A stretch of DNA of 64,000 nucleotides from an uncultured Planctomycetaceae bacterium (GCA_963976765.1 CAXBME010000030.1:1-64000), one strand, 5' to 3'; positions 1 to 9,921 are shown, numbered from the stretch's first letter. Program-made: numbers and translations. The notes: generated from the letters alone by a model not told the origin.

Positions 1-820
1 GCAAAGGAGCCGCCACCGGATTTTCAACTTTCAACACTCAGCGGGACATCATCCCCTCCCGCCACTGTCCGAGCAGCAAAAGATCGTCGAATGGATCGAC
101 GCCGTGGCCACCCGAGTCGAGGAGGCGAAGGAACTCCGTACTCAGAGCAACAAAGCTCAAACAGCGATGCGATCCGCCATTATCTCTCGAGTGTTGGACG
201 GTCTGGACTTCGGCGGAAATCTTTCTGATGTCCTCGATGGAAAGCCACGCAACGGCTGGTCTGCAAAGTGTGATGGAGCAGATGGTGGCGTAGCCGTTCT
301 GTCACTAGCGGCAGTCACCGGCTTCAACTACCGACCAGATCAGTTCAAGAAAACCAGTGAACCAACAGACTCGGAGGCTCACTATTGGTTGCATCCCGGA
401 GACCTCTTAATAACTCGCAGCAACACACCAGAGCTTGTAGGTCACTCCGCCATTTACTCAGGTGACCCGTCTCCGTGCATCTATCCCGATCTAATCATGA
501 AGATCCCCGTCGATCCAGAGCGATGCACACCACAATTTGCACATTATGTTCTTCAGTCGAGAATGGTCCGCGACTTCATCAAGAGTAATGCTAAGGGTAC
601 CAGCCCGACCATGAAGAAAATCTCCCAAGGAACAGTGCACCAGATCCCCTTTCCAGTCAACCTAAACTTGCTGGAACAGTGCAACTTGGTCGAGACGCTC
701 AATGCAGCACTGAGCAAAATCGACGATCTAACTGGCACTTCGAGCAAGGTAAGCCCTGAAATCGACAACTTGTTACCGTCAACTCTCAACCAGTTCTTCA
801 ACGGAGATGACGATGGCTAA
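1..820 (+). CDS. hsdS: Type I restriction-modification specificity subunit (5' partial)
   Basis: Frame is open from the window start. Contains PLPPLSEQQKIVEWID, GDLLITRSNT, AKGTSPTMKKI and a terminal LLPSTLNQFF helix typical of HsdS. Confidence 0.9.
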   Translation, partial: QRSRHRIFNFQHSAGHHPLPPLSEQQKIVEWIDAVATRVEEAKELRTQSNKAQTAMRSAIISRVLDGLDFGGNLSDVLDGKPRNGWSAKCDGADGGVAVLSLAAVTGFNYRPDQFKKTSEPTDSEAHYWLHPGDLLITRSNTPELVGHSAIYSGDPSPCIYPDLIMKIPVDPERCTPQFAHYVLQSRMVRDFIKSNAKGTSPTMKKISQGTVHQIPFPVNLNLLEQCNLVETLNAALSKIDDLTGTSSKVSPEIDNLLPSTLNQFFNGDDDG

Positions 821-1919
821 GAAGCGATTCGAACATCCCAGCGAGGACGAGTTCCTTCTTGAGATAAAAACGAGGACCTCGAAGATCATAAACTGTGACT
901 GCAGTCAGAGTGCAGTGATCCACAAGGGAAGGAACACATACAAGGTCGTGAGCGTCCTCCAATTCAAGAATCCCAAATCAGGAGAGATCACCCATAAAGA
1001 AGTGCACTTCAACGATTACCCCTTCTACGTAGAAACAGGGGTCCAGTGGGATGTCAAAGACCGACTCAAGCACTGGAAATGCAAAGACGAAGAAATCGAT
1101 CGAGTCATCGCGTTTCTGTCCGCAATCGACGGCACGACTGCTCCAAGTCACTACACCGTAGTTGAAGGCCGACCTGATCCGAAGGCTTCTGAACTCCTTG
1201 AACTGTTGGCAGATTTCGACACAAAGAATCTCAGTGGCCTCATCTCGGCACTGGCAGACCGTGCTCAAGATCTCCAGGACTTGCCCAATCTCGGAGAAAC
1301 GGACCATCGAAGAATGGTGGCTTCCGCCCTGAGAGCCTCTCATCGAACGGCAGCCCTCAAGGAACTGCAGGAACTGATGAATTCAGAGACTGAGGAACGA
1401 TTCTTCCAACGACTCTTCGACCACAATTGGTGGATGCTGGGTGCTCAATACGTCGAGCACATCCCCAAACGGCATTGGACCGACGAAGAGAATCTGGACA
1501 TGATGCTCAAGACAGCCGACAGCGGCTACGACATCATCGAACTCAAACGCAGTAACGCGACTCTCTTCAAACAGCACCGCAATAAGTGGATCGTCTCTTC
1601 CGAGGTCAACGACGCGGTCAACCAAGCCGCAGGTTACATCTCCGAAATCGAGAGACAGCGAGACCACTTCATCGCCAGATACAAAACCGACCTGTACAAG
1701 GTCCGGGCAAAGGTCCTCATCGGAACAATTGACGATGCCGAGGAGGACGTCGAACAGAAGCGACTCGCACTAAGGATGTACAACTCTCATCTCCAGAACA
1801 TTGAAGTCATCACCTTCGACGGAATTGTTCGGACCTGCGACCAAATCATCCATGCAAACCTGGGAGAATCGACGCACTCAGCCCCACCGGAGGAGAAGGA
1901 CGATGCGACGCCATTCTGA
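807..1919 (+). CDS. sduA: Shedu-type anti-phage nuclease (C-terminal DUF4263)
   Basis: EERFFQRLFDHNWWMLG...DMML...IIELKR...AVNQAAGY...IEVITFD matches the DUF4263 PD-(D/E)XK pattern; variable N-terminal domain. Confidence 0.8.
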   Translation: MTMAKKRFEHPSEDEFLLEIKTRTSKIINCDCSQSAVIHKGRNTYKVVSVLQFKNPKSGEITHKEVHFNDYPFYVETGVQWDVKDRLKHWKCKDEEIDRVIAFLSAIDGTTAPSHYTVVEGRPDPKASELLELLADFDTKNLSGLISALADRAQDLQDLPNLGETDHRRMVASALRASHRTAALKELQELMNSETEERFFQRLFDHNWWMLGAQYVEHIPKRHWTDEENLDMMLKTADSGYDIIELKRSNATLFKQHRNKWIVSSEVNDAVNQAAGYISEIERQRDHFIARYKTDLYKVRAKVLIGTIDDAEEDVEQKRLALRMYNSHLQNIEVITFDGIVRTCDQIIHANLGESTHSAPPEEKDDATPF

Positions 1920-1937
1920 GAAGAGGGAGGTCGAACA

Positions 1938-2297
1938 ATGAAACGTGATATTGAGCTGGTACGAGAAGTCCTTCTGGCCGTCGAAGCAAGTGACAACACA
2001 CAAGGCTTAATCGACTTGACCCTTCCTGGTCATGACGACGAAGCGGTCAGCTACCACGTAAAACTTCTCGCAGAGGCTGGGCTCATCGAGGCAAACGATC
2101 TGTCGACAATGCATGGATTCGAATGGAAACCTCGATCACTCACGTGGGCTGGACACGAATTCCTCGACGCAGCCCGAAACGACACCGTCTGGAACAAAGC
2201 GATGACTAAACTCAAAGGCCAAGCCGCCACCGTCCCCTTCGAAGTCCTCAAAGCCGTCGTCCTACAGACCTGCAGGGACTATTTTGGGTTGAGCTAA
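1938..2297 (+). CDS. DUF2513 domain protein
   Basis: MKRDIELVREVLLAVE...YHVKLLAEAGLI...LTWAGHEFLDAARNDTVW signature; GGAGG RBS. Confidence 0.85.
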   Translation: MKRDIELVREVLLAVEASDNTQGLIDLTLPGHDDEAVSYHVKLLAEAGLIEANDLSTMHGFEWKPRSLTWAGHEFLDAARNDTVWNKAMTKLKGQAATVPFEVLKAVVLQTCRDYFGLS

Positions 2298-2321
2298 CGA
2301 ATCAAACGAAAGGGCCACACT

Positions 2322-3152
2322 GTGCCAAATGACTCATTCTCAAGAAGACATGGATTTCACGATGACAATCCCCCAATTACAGTCTGGGACGATGCACCAG
2401 AAGACTTTCGTCACGCAGTACTGATGATTGCCAAGGACGAGGGTGACTTGGAACCGCACGACCTCAGGGAAATCGTTTGTAAGGTCCTGCGAAAGAGACC
2501 GGACCCCAACAACTGGACTCCGTATCCAAACGTGTGGGGTGAGGTCGAATACCTCGTTGAAAAGTGTTCATGGTATCGTGTCTACGACATCGTTGAGGCT
2601 ATCTATCGAGACCTTTCGTCGGGAGTTTCCCATGCAGTGACTGGGAAAACTCGCAAGCAGATAGCCTTCGAGTCCGAGATCAGTCAAGTAATGGCCGAAT
2701 TTGGAATTGGCTGGAAACTCGAAGACGGATTGGTCGTCGCACGAGGAGAAGACAGCTACGAACTCTACCTTAAGCAGGCTGAGGAGAATTTGGAGCAGGT
2801 CAAGAAGCCGACAGCCTTGACCGAATTGAAAGAAGCCATACGCGATCTATCCCGTCGCCCTTCTCCTGACACATCAGGAGCCATCCAGCACGGAATGGCT
2901 GCACTCGAATGTGTAGCTCGTGATTGGGCAGACGACCCGAAACCGACTTTGGGAGAACTAATCAAGAAGCATTCCGACTTGTTCCCCCGACCAGTCGACG
3001 AATCGGTCGCCAAGCTCTGGGGATACGCCTCAAATGAGGCTCGTCATGGAAAAGAGGGAAACAATCCAACACGAGAAGAAGCCATGTTAGTCGTCGGGAT
3101 CTCGGCCACTATCGTGAACTACTTACTCCACAAAACAAGGGCCAGAGAATAA
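2322..3152 (+). CDS. AbiJ-NTD4 domain protein with HEPN/Abi-C-like C-terminus
   Basis: FSRRHG N-terminus, WYRVYDIVE, and C-terminal LWGYASNEARHG resemble AbiJ_NTD4 proteins. Confidence 0.65.
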   Translation: MPNDSFSRRHGFHDDNPPITVWDDAPEDFRHAVLMIAKDEGDLEPHDLREIVCKVLRKRPDPNNWTPYPNVWGEVEYLVEKCSWYRVYDIVEAIYRDLSSGVSHAVTGKTRKQIAFESEISQVMAEFGIGWKLEDGLVVARGEDSYELYLKQAEENLEQVKKPTALTELKEAIRDLSRRPSPDTSGAIQHGMAALECVARDWADDPKPTLGELIKKHSDLFPRPVDESVAKLWGYASNEARHGKEGNNPTREEAMLVVGISATIVNYLLHKTRARE

Positions 3153-4111
3153 TGACACAGAGCGTAGTAGAGACCCCGGAATTACTGCCACCCCTAAAGA
3201 AGTATCTTGAAGCTTCTCAGAAGCGGTTTCAGACATGCCTTTCTCCACTCGACGAGCAGATCACGATAGACGGAACTCAGTCTGATGTCACACTCCATTT
3301 CGTCAGGTTCGATCCACATACAAAAGAACCCAAGTTCAGCCTCTTGGCAAAGGCACTGGCGAAACACGTAGTGAGATTCTGTCTATCAGCGAGATCCCGA
3401 CAAAGGATTCGTGAAAAAGACGGCTTTGAAGAAGATGAAGGTGAGCTCTTCCTCATTGCACGGGAGTACTTCAGAAAGCTCAAAGATTCAGGAGAGGTGG
3501 GCGAACTCCTACTCTTTTTTCTACTGGAGGCGGCGATTGGAGCCCCTCAAGTAGTGTGCAAGATGGAGCTGAAGACAAATGCTGGAGATGAGGTGAAAGG
3601 GGCAGATGGCATTCATATCAAGTGGGACGAAAAAGATCAGCACCTCGATGTGTTCTTGGGCGAAGCCAAGCTGTATCAGGACATCGGTACGGCAATGACT
3701 AAAGCACTTGGCAGCATTAAGGAGTTCTACGACAAGAACAAGTTAGACGAAGAACTCCATTTAGTGACATCACATTTCAAGCATCTTGACGAAGAGTTTC
3801 GAAGGAAGGTCACGTCTTGGGTGAATAGGGAAACAGCACCTGAAGAGTGTCACATCATCCATTCATGCCTGATCGGATGGGACTGGAGTCAATACAAGCG
3901 ATTTGCTACCGATCGGGATGGCCTGTTCGACGATTTTGAAGAAGAGTACCGAAAGTACTGTAAGAACATCCGAGAGCTACTCAGCAAGAGGTTTCAGGAC
4001 TACACTCACAAGCACCTGTCCTTTCACTTCCTGTTCGTACCTTTCGACTCAGTAGGAGACTTCCGAAAAGCGTTCTACAGAGAATTACTGGGGGTGGACA
4101 TTGAACAGTGA
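3152..4111 (+). CDS. hamA: Hachiman HamA (DUF1837) nuclease
   Basis: GEVGELLLFFLLE...KMELKT...KGADGIH...GEAKLY motif, directly upstream of an SF2 helicase. Confidence 0.88.
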   Translation: MTQSVVETPELLPPLKKYLEASQKRFQTCLSPLDEQITIDGTQSDVTLHFVRFDPHTKEPKFSLLAKALAKHVVRFCLSARSRQRIREKDGFEEDEGELFLIAREYFRKLKDSGEVGELLLFFLLEAAIGAPQVVCKMELKTNAGDEVKGADGIHIKWDEKDQHLDVFLGEAKLYQDIGTAMTKALGSIKEFYDKNKLDEELHLVTSHFKHLDEEFRRKVTSWVNRETAPEECHIIHSCLIGWDWSQYKRFATDRDGLFDDFEEEYRKYCKNIRELLSKRFQDYTHKHLSFHFLFVPFDSVGDFRKAFYRELLGVDIEQ

Positions 4112-6668
4112 AACTCGGGAAAAATTCCTCGACTGCTACAGTCGTCTGGTAAAAGCGGAACTACGATCCAGGCTAGGAATGGAGGAGAACGCTCCTCTCC
4201 AATCTGGCGAAGTTCGTTTTCTCCTCCAGGTTGCGTCAGTTCTATCATTCGAAACACCCGACAACGAAGAGGGGTACCTGAAAGACCCCCGTCTCTGGGC
4301 TTACGACGTCTCCACGCGACTTCTGGAAACCTTTGGTCAGACTATCCCCGGAGTGACTGAAGCCGCAGAGTACATCTTGTGTAGACTCGGAAACTTCCCT
4401 GGGCGTGATCTCCTCCGAGAGAAATATGATGTCAACAACGTTGATTCAGTCCTCAGATCACCCGCTCTCCGACTGGAAGCACTGGTCAGAGAGTCCGAGA
4501 ACACAACCGAATATCCTCGTTTAGGAACAAGACTACTCACTGACTTCCAACACCGTCTGAACGACGCCTTAAATCGAGCGAAGTCAGTCAGTGTTTCGGC
4601 TCCAACTTCAGCTGGCAAGTCATTCATACTCGCTCATGACATTATGTCTACGGTTTCGGTGGGTATCGGGCAGGTGATCATCTACGTCGTTCCAACCAGA
4701 GCCCTCATCCAGCAAGTCACTGGCGACTTACTACAACTATTTCGAAAAGCCGAACTCTCGGAAGTAATCGTCTCCGCTGCACCAATTGGGTTCTCAGCCG
4801 AAGAAGCGAAACCTGGAGTCGTCTACGTTCTCACACAGGAACGGCTAATCAGTCTCCTCGGCAATCCCGACTTCAAGCTGGAAATCAACAAGCTCTATGT
4901 GGACGAAGCACAAGAGATTGGCGACACCGACAGGGGGCTGATCTTGGACTCTGCAGTACGTCAGGTCATCCAGCGTTTCCCCAAAGTCCGCACCTGCTTC
5001 GCAAGTCCGTTGACAAAGAACCCTGGATACCTCTTCGAGGAATTCGACATAGATGAAGAGGGAGAGTTCTTCAGAGAAACATTCGCCCCCGTTTCACAAG
5101 TCCTGGTCAACTTAGAACAGGTCGAGGGGACAACCAAGGCGGCATCAGTCTCAGTTCTTACACCAAAGGGAGTGGAAGAGGTTGGTGAGGCAGAACTCCC
5201 ATTTAAGTTGCGTGGCACGTATGAACCACTCGCGGGTACCGCAATGCAAGTGCGAACCCAAGAGGAGTCCGTCATCATCTTCGCAAATCGCCCGCACGAT
5301 GCAATGGAGATCGCTGACAAGGTCGCAGATAGCATCTCTGAGAAGTCGACCGACAGCGACGTGCTAGATTTAATTGAGTTCGTCAAGACACATGTCCACC
5401 CCAAGTACTCATTGTCAGATGTGCTGATCAAGGGAGTAGCGTTTCACTACGGTCGAATGCCCCACGTGATCAGGAACCAGGTGGAGGAACTGCTTCGAAC
5501 GAGAAAGCTGAGCTATGTCGTGTCAACAAGCACTCTGCTTCAAGGGGTGAATCTTCCAGCCCGCCACATCGTAGTGTTGAATCCGAAACAAGGAAATAAG
5601 TCCCCCATGGGAACGCCTGACTTTTGGAACCTCGTTGGAAGAGCGGGACGCCTACGGGAGAATTTCCGGGGAATCGTATGGTGCATTGATCCATCTCATT
5701 GGGAGACAAAGCCACTGGAAGGAGAAAGACTCTCGGAGATCAAGTCAGCGTTCCAGGAATCACTGGAGAACACGGAGGTCAGAGACGCGGCAGTTGCCGT
5801 GCTCGAAGGTAAAGCTCCCGTATCCATGGTCACGAACCGGAATCGGGTCGAACAGTTCATCGGGAAGACATTCTCGGAATTCACTCTTCATGACGAGCAG
5901 TTGGCAGCGTCGCCCCGAGTTCCGGAAAATCTCAAGGAAGACTGGGCTCCGATTGACGAACTTCTCGGTAGACTGAGGTCCGGCCTAAAGGTTCCGGAAG
6001 ATGTTTGCTCGCTCAATGCAGTTATTGCCCCAACACTACTCGATGATCTTTGGAACCGATTTGCCACCGGGGTCACTCCACAGATGATACCGATTGATCC
6101 GTATCAGACGAATGCAATTGACAACTTCAGGGAAGTGTTCCAGGTCATTGAAGAAGTGTTCATTCAGGCAGGAAACAACAGCTGGAAGTACTTCGCGACC
6201 CTCGCCTATTACTGGGTTGTTGGAAAGAGCCTGAGAGAGCTCATAGACAACCGCCTTTCGTACTATAAGGTAAACAAGAATGATAGAAAGAAGGTCAACA
6301 AGCACATTCGTGAGCTGTTGGATGATATCGAGCAAACCCTCCGTTTCACTTATGTTCGGTACCTAAAGGCCTACATTGATGTCTTGAGAGCATTCCTCCT
6401 CAGTCATCAAGCAGAACAACAGGCAGAGTCCCTTTCACCCTGGGACATGTTCGTGGAGTTCGGAGCTAGAGATCGAGTCCTCTTGCAGCTGATGTCAATC
6501 GGAGTATCCCGGTCTACAGCCATACTTATTCGCCCCGCAATAAAGTCGCAACAGGAGATCTCACGTCAAGAGTGCTGGACCAAGTTGAAGGAGTTACCCT
6601 TGAATGTTCTGGCGATACCTGGTGTGTGCAAAGAGGAAATTCGAAAGCTCACAGGGAGGAGTTCGTAA
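4101..6668 (+). CDS. hamB: Hachiman HamB Ski2-like SF2 helicase
   Basis: APTSAGKS, VPTRALI, TQERL, DEAQ, TSTLLQGVNLPA and GRAGR motifs; overlaps the hamA stop. Confidence 0.88.
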   Translation: MNSETREKFLDCYSRLVKAELRSRLGMEENAPLQSGEVRFLLQVASVLSFETPDNEEGYLKDPRLWAYDVSTRLLETFGQTIPGVTEAAEYILCRLGNFPGRDLLREKYDVNNVDSVLRSPALRLEALVRESENTTEYPRLGTRLLTDFQHRLNDALNRAKSVSVSAPTSAGKSFILAHDIMSTVSVGIGQVIIYVVPTRALIQQVTGDLLQLFRKAELSEVIVSAAPIGFSAEEAKPGVVYVLTQERLISLLGNPDFKLEINKLYVDEAQEIGDTDRGLILDSAVRQVIQRFPKVRTCFASPLTKNPGYLFEEFDIDEEGEFFRETFAPVSQVLVNLEQVEGTTKAASVSVLTPKGVEEVGEAELPFKLRGTYEPLAGTAMQVRTQEESVIIFANRPHDAMEIADKVADSISEKSTDSDVLDLIEFVKTHVHPKYSLSDVLIKGVAFHYGRMPHVIRNQVEELLRTRKLSYVVSTSTLLQGVNLPARHIVVLNPKQGNKSPMGTPDFWNLVGRAGRLRENFRGIVWCIDPSHWETKPLEGERLSEIKSAFQESLENTEVRDAAVAVLEGKAPVSMVTNRNRVEQFIGKTFSEFTLHDEQLAASPRVPENLKEDWAPIDELLGRLRSGLKVPEDVCSLNAVIAPTLLDDLWNRFATGVTPQMIPIDPYQTNAIDNFREVFQVIEEVFIQAGNNSWKYFATLAYYWVVGKSLRELIDNRLSYYKVNKNDRKKVNKHIRELLDDIEQTLRFTYVRYLKAYIDVLRAFLLSHQAEQQAESLSPWDMFVEFGARDRVLLQLMSIGVSRSTAILIRPAIKSQQEISRQECWTKLKELPLNVLAIPGVCKEEIRKLTGRSS

Positions 6669-6733
6669 CAGAGTGGAAGCGACATTCACCGGGTAATCAA
6701 GGCAAATCCCTTATGCTCTGACAGGACCTTGAA

Positions 6734-7711
6734 ATGCCTCACGAACTTGCGACCACGAACGGCCAGACGGCCATGATGTACGCCGGGGAAACTCCCTGGC
6801 ATGGACTCGGAACGAGGCTCGACGAACCCGTTACCGCCGCCGAAGCAATCGAAGCAGCTGGTCTCAACTACCACGTTGATCTCAGGCCAATTGAAACCGA
6901 CGAGGGAATACCGGTGCCACAACGGAAGGCAGTGATTCGGACGGATTCGAATCAGGTTCTCGGAGTCGTCGGGAACTCTTACCAGCCGGTCCAAAACCAT
7001 CAATGCTTCGGCTTTCTGGACTCAGTGGTTGAAGACGGGCAGCTTCGGTACCACACGGCTGGAGCGTTGGGGAAAGGCGAGAAAGTCTGGATGCTTGCGA
7101 AGTTAGATGGCGAAATTCGAATCAAGGACTCGGAGGACGTCACCGACAAGTTCCTCTTACTCAGCAACTCCCATGACGGCTCATCTGCACTCAGGGTCTT
7201 TTTCACGCCGATCCGTGTCGTTTGTGCAAATACCCTCGGAATGGCAGAACGGCGAAGTCGGGGGCAAGGAGTCTCCATCATCCACAAGGGTGACTTGGAT
7301 GCAAAAGTCGGAGAGGCTCAGGAGATCCTCGGTTTCGCCAAGCGATTCTATGACGACTTGGGAGATCGCATGAACCGCCTGGCGTGGCACTACCCAACGC
7401 GACGTCAGCTGGAGACGTACTTTGAATTGCTATATCCCGACAGTGAACGAACTCAAAACCGTCGGGGAGCAAACATCAGGTCAGAACTATTCCGGCTCTT
7501 CGAGCACGGACGGGGGCAAGACATCCCTGAGACAAAGCTCACCACCTGGGCCGCGTTCAACGCCGTGACCGAATTCGTCGACCACCACCGTTCGACTCGT
7601 GGCCGCACGGAACAGGAGCGGGCGAACCGACGGCTCGAATCAGCCTGGTTCGGCTCCGGCAACCGGCTCAAATCAGAAGCCTGGAAACTGGCCCTCGAAA
7701 TGGCGACATAA
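6734..7711 (+). CDS. DUF932 family phage/plasmid-like protein
   Basis: ETPWHGLG, YQPVQN, TAGALGKG, LSNSHDGS, TPIRVVCANT and WAAFNAVTEFVDH motifs. Confidence 0.9.
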   Translation: MPHELATTNGQTAMMYAGETPWHGLGTRLDEPVTAAEAIEAAGLNYHVDLRPIETDEGIPVPQRKAVIRTDSNQVLGVVGNSYQPVQNHQCFGFLDSVVEDGQLRYHTAGALGKGEKVWMLAKLDGEIRIKDSEDVTDKFLLLSNSHDGSSALRVFFTPIRVVCANTLGMAERRSRGQGVSIIHKGDLDAKVGEAQEILGFAKRFYDDLGDRMNRLAWHYPTRRQLETYFELLYPDSERTQNRRGANIRSELFRLFEHGRGQDIPETKLTTWAAFNAVTEFVDHHRSTRGRTEQERANRRLESAWFGSGNRLKSEAWKLALEMAT

Positions 7712-7727
7712 CCTTCAGTCCCACCTA

Positions 7728-7750
7728 TGACAGTCCAATCCCGTTATGAT
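7728..7750 (+). promoter_or_regulatory. Island-repeated motif TGACAG-TCC-N8-TATGAT
   Basis: Shares TGNCAGTCC with copies at 9309 and 13558; -10-like TATGAT; upstream of the metallophosphoesterase. Confidence 0.45.
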
Positions 7751-7789
7751 GCTGAGCGACGGATTCAGCACTCATGACGGGATTGTTTC

Positions 7790-8485
7790 GTGGCAAAAGA
7801 GAACTCAGCTTCAGGTCGATTGATCGCTATCGGCGACATCCACGGACACGCTGCGGCGTTGGAATCCATTCTCGATGCCATAGATCCCGGACCGGACGAT
7901 ACCATCGTCACACTGGGAGACTACATCAACCGTGGACCAGACAGTGGACAAGTTCTCGATCTCCTGATTGATCTGAGTCGCCGTTGCCAACTGATCCCCA
8001 TCCTCGGCAACCATGAGGAGATGATGCTCGACAGCCGAGATGATCCTCACGCAGAACTCCGCTGGAAGTCACAAGGAGGCGACGCGACGCTGGCCTCATA
8101 CGAGCAAGACGCGGGCATCGGTCACATTCCACAAGACCACTGGAACTTTCTTCTCTCCTGTCGACCGTACCACGAGACGGACAAGTTCGTATTCACACAC
8201 GCGAACTATTGCTGGTACTCCAAGCTCGAAGACCAACCTTCATCTCTTCTACGTTGGATCTCACTTGAGGAGTCACCTCCACGTGCTCACCTCAATGGGA
8301 AGAAGTTCGTTCTTGGACACACACCTCGCTCGATCCGAGACTTTGTGTACTGCCTTTGCATCGACACGGGCTGTGGATTCGGCGGCAGGCTAACCGCCTT
8401 GGAAGTCAACAAGGACCACATCTGGCAGGTCGAGGAGAACGGGGAGTGGGTGATCCCGGACGAAATTCAACGGGGTTGCGAGTGA
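7790..8485 (+). CDS. Calcineurin-like metallophosphoesterase (PrpA/lambda phosphatase-like)
   Basis: GDIHG, GDYINRGPDS, GNHE, GHTP and IDTG motifs. Confidence 0.9.
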   Translation: MAKENSASGRLIAIGDIHGHAAALESILDAIDPGPDDTIVTLGDYINRGPDSGQVLDLLIDLSRRCQLIPILGNHEEMMLDSRDDPHAELRWKSQGGDATLASYEQDAGIGHIPQDHWNFLLSCRPYHETDKFVFTHANYCWYSKLEDQPSSLLRWISLEESPPRAHLNGKKFVLGHTPRSIRDFVYCLCIDTGCGFGGRLTALEVNKDHIWQVEENGEWVIPDEIQRGCE

Positions 8486-8506
8486 ACTCATCTGAACAAT
8501 GAGAAG

Positions 8507-9226
8507 TCAGAAATGTGCGATGACCGGATTGTGGTCACTCAGTTCTTCCCATTCTTGGCCAGACAGAACGACACACGATTTCAACAAGGGCTTCCAACGC
8601 TGTGGCACAAAGATCCCGTCGCAGTGAAAGGGGATGGTGCGGTCTCGACTCCAGCGGAGCGTCTGTGCGAGAGGCTGACCTGGATTGGCTTCGGACCAGC
8701 AGTTCATGAGTCCAAACTCATCTGCAAGACGTTCGTGGATCGCGATGTTACTCGACTTGATCGACGCGTCCTCACAGAAGCTCACCGTCAGGTTGAAGTC
8801 ACCAGCGATGATGACGTCAGAACCTTTGGCAATCTCAGAGATCTCATCAAGGATGCGATTCACCTGTCCCGGATAACTCCCCTCTCCGGGCGGGGCATGC
8901 AGACTGAAGACATGAATTTCATCGCAGTCGGGCAACCAAGCCGCATTCCGGAGCAAGCCTCCCACAACCCAACCGTCGTAACTCGGCAGATTCAAACGTG
9001 ACAACGTACCGCTGCTAGAAAAGACCCCGCTGCCCCATTTATTGGGCGGGGCACTTGCCCAAACTGAGGAACCCCGATGCTGCGGAAAGAGCAATGGCGG
9101 AAGATGCTCATCATGGGGATAAGATTCCTGAATGAACAAGAGATCAACCTGATGATCCTCGATTAACCGTTGCCAGTGACAGCGTTTCGCCCCACCCTTC
9201 AATATGTTGTAAGTACCAAGATTCAT
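8507..9226 (-). CDS. Endonuclease/exonuclease/phosphatase (EEP) family protein
   Basis: TYNI, IQE, GDFN, DGIFV and SDHNPV catalytic motifs. Confidence 0.88.
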   Translation of the reverse strand: MNLGTYNILKGGAKRCHWQRLIEDHQVDLLFIQESYPHDEHLPPLLFPQHRGSSVWASAPPNKWGSGVFSSSGTLSRLNLPSYDGWVVGGLLRNAAWLPDCDEIHVFSLHAPPGEGSYPGQVNRILDEISEIAKGSDVIIAGDFNLTVSFCEDASIKSSNIAIHERLADEFGLMNCWSEANPGQPLAQTLRWSRDRTIPFHCDGIFVPQRWKPLLKSCVVLSGQEWEELSDHNPVIAHF

Positions 9227-9308
9227 TCTTTTGGTTCACAAGGGATGTCATCCAAGGTGCAGGTGCTCCAGACACTGCGGCACACTGTATGTGGCCAACC
9301 GAACGTAT

Positions 9309-9332
9309 TGCCAGTCCTAGTCGGGTATTTAG
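9309..9332 (+). promoter_or_regulatory. Island-repeated motif TGCCAG-TCCTAGTCGGG-TATTTAG
   Basis: Near-copy of the motif at 13558; upstream of the 9370-12438 operon. Confidence 0.5.
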
Positions 9333-9369
9333 TTCAGTGACATCAAACTCTGAACGAAGGAATGCCCCC

Positions 9370-9921
9370 ATGCTCAAGGTCAACGTAGGTCTCAGTCGGA
9401 AGGTTTCACGCGATTACAACAGCACCGGGTTCAGCGTGAACCTGGAGGGAGAAGTCTGTGTGCCGCTGGATGACCCCGAGGGTGTCGTCGAGAAAATCAA
9501 GGAACTCTACGATCTTGCTGAGGAGAGTCTGAACCAGCAGGTCGAACGCTACGAGGGTGAGTCAGCGATTGCCAGTCGGGATAAAGTTCCGCCTGCTCGT
9601 CAAGAATCTGCTCCGGCCCGTTCAGCGAATGGAAACGGTCGCGGGAACGGGTACGAACGCCGCTCATCTCCTCCTCAAAATGGCAACGGTCATCACCGCA
9701 CTGGTGATGATGGTGGCTTCACACCAGCCAGCAACAAGCAGATCTCGTATCTGAACAACCTGGCCAAACGACAGGGACTCACCACACCGCAACTCCGTCA
9801 ACGAGTGGCAGAAATCGTGGGCCGGGAAGTCGATCTCTATGACCTCTCGAAATCCGAGGCGGGAATCGTGCTGGACGAACTGACCGCTGAGAACACCGCT
9901 CCCACTGGCCGACGTCGGTAG
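9370..9921 (+). CDS. Hypothetical protein with a C-terminal helical module resembling tails of phage ssDNA-annealing proteins
   Basis: Start placed at ATG 9370 after AAGGA. N-terminal LKVNVGLSRK, G/N-rich linker, C-terminal ASNKQISYL...LSKSEAGIVLDEL. Confidence 0.6.
   Translation: MLKVNVGLSRKVSRDYNSTGFSVNLEGEVCVPLDDPEGVVEKIKELYDLAEESLNQQVERYEGESAIASRDKVPPARQESAPARSANGNGRGNGYERRSSPPQNGNGHHRTGDDGGFTPASNKQISYLNNLAKRQGLTTPQLRQRVAEIVGREVDLYDLSKSEAGIVLDELTAENTAPTGRRR

Noticed and set aside
1..60. Possible frameshifts in hsdS (KGAA, DFQLSTL and IIP-like pieces fall in different frames)
   Set aside because: The main frame is open, and 60 bp at the window edge is too little to call; needs upstream sequence or reads.
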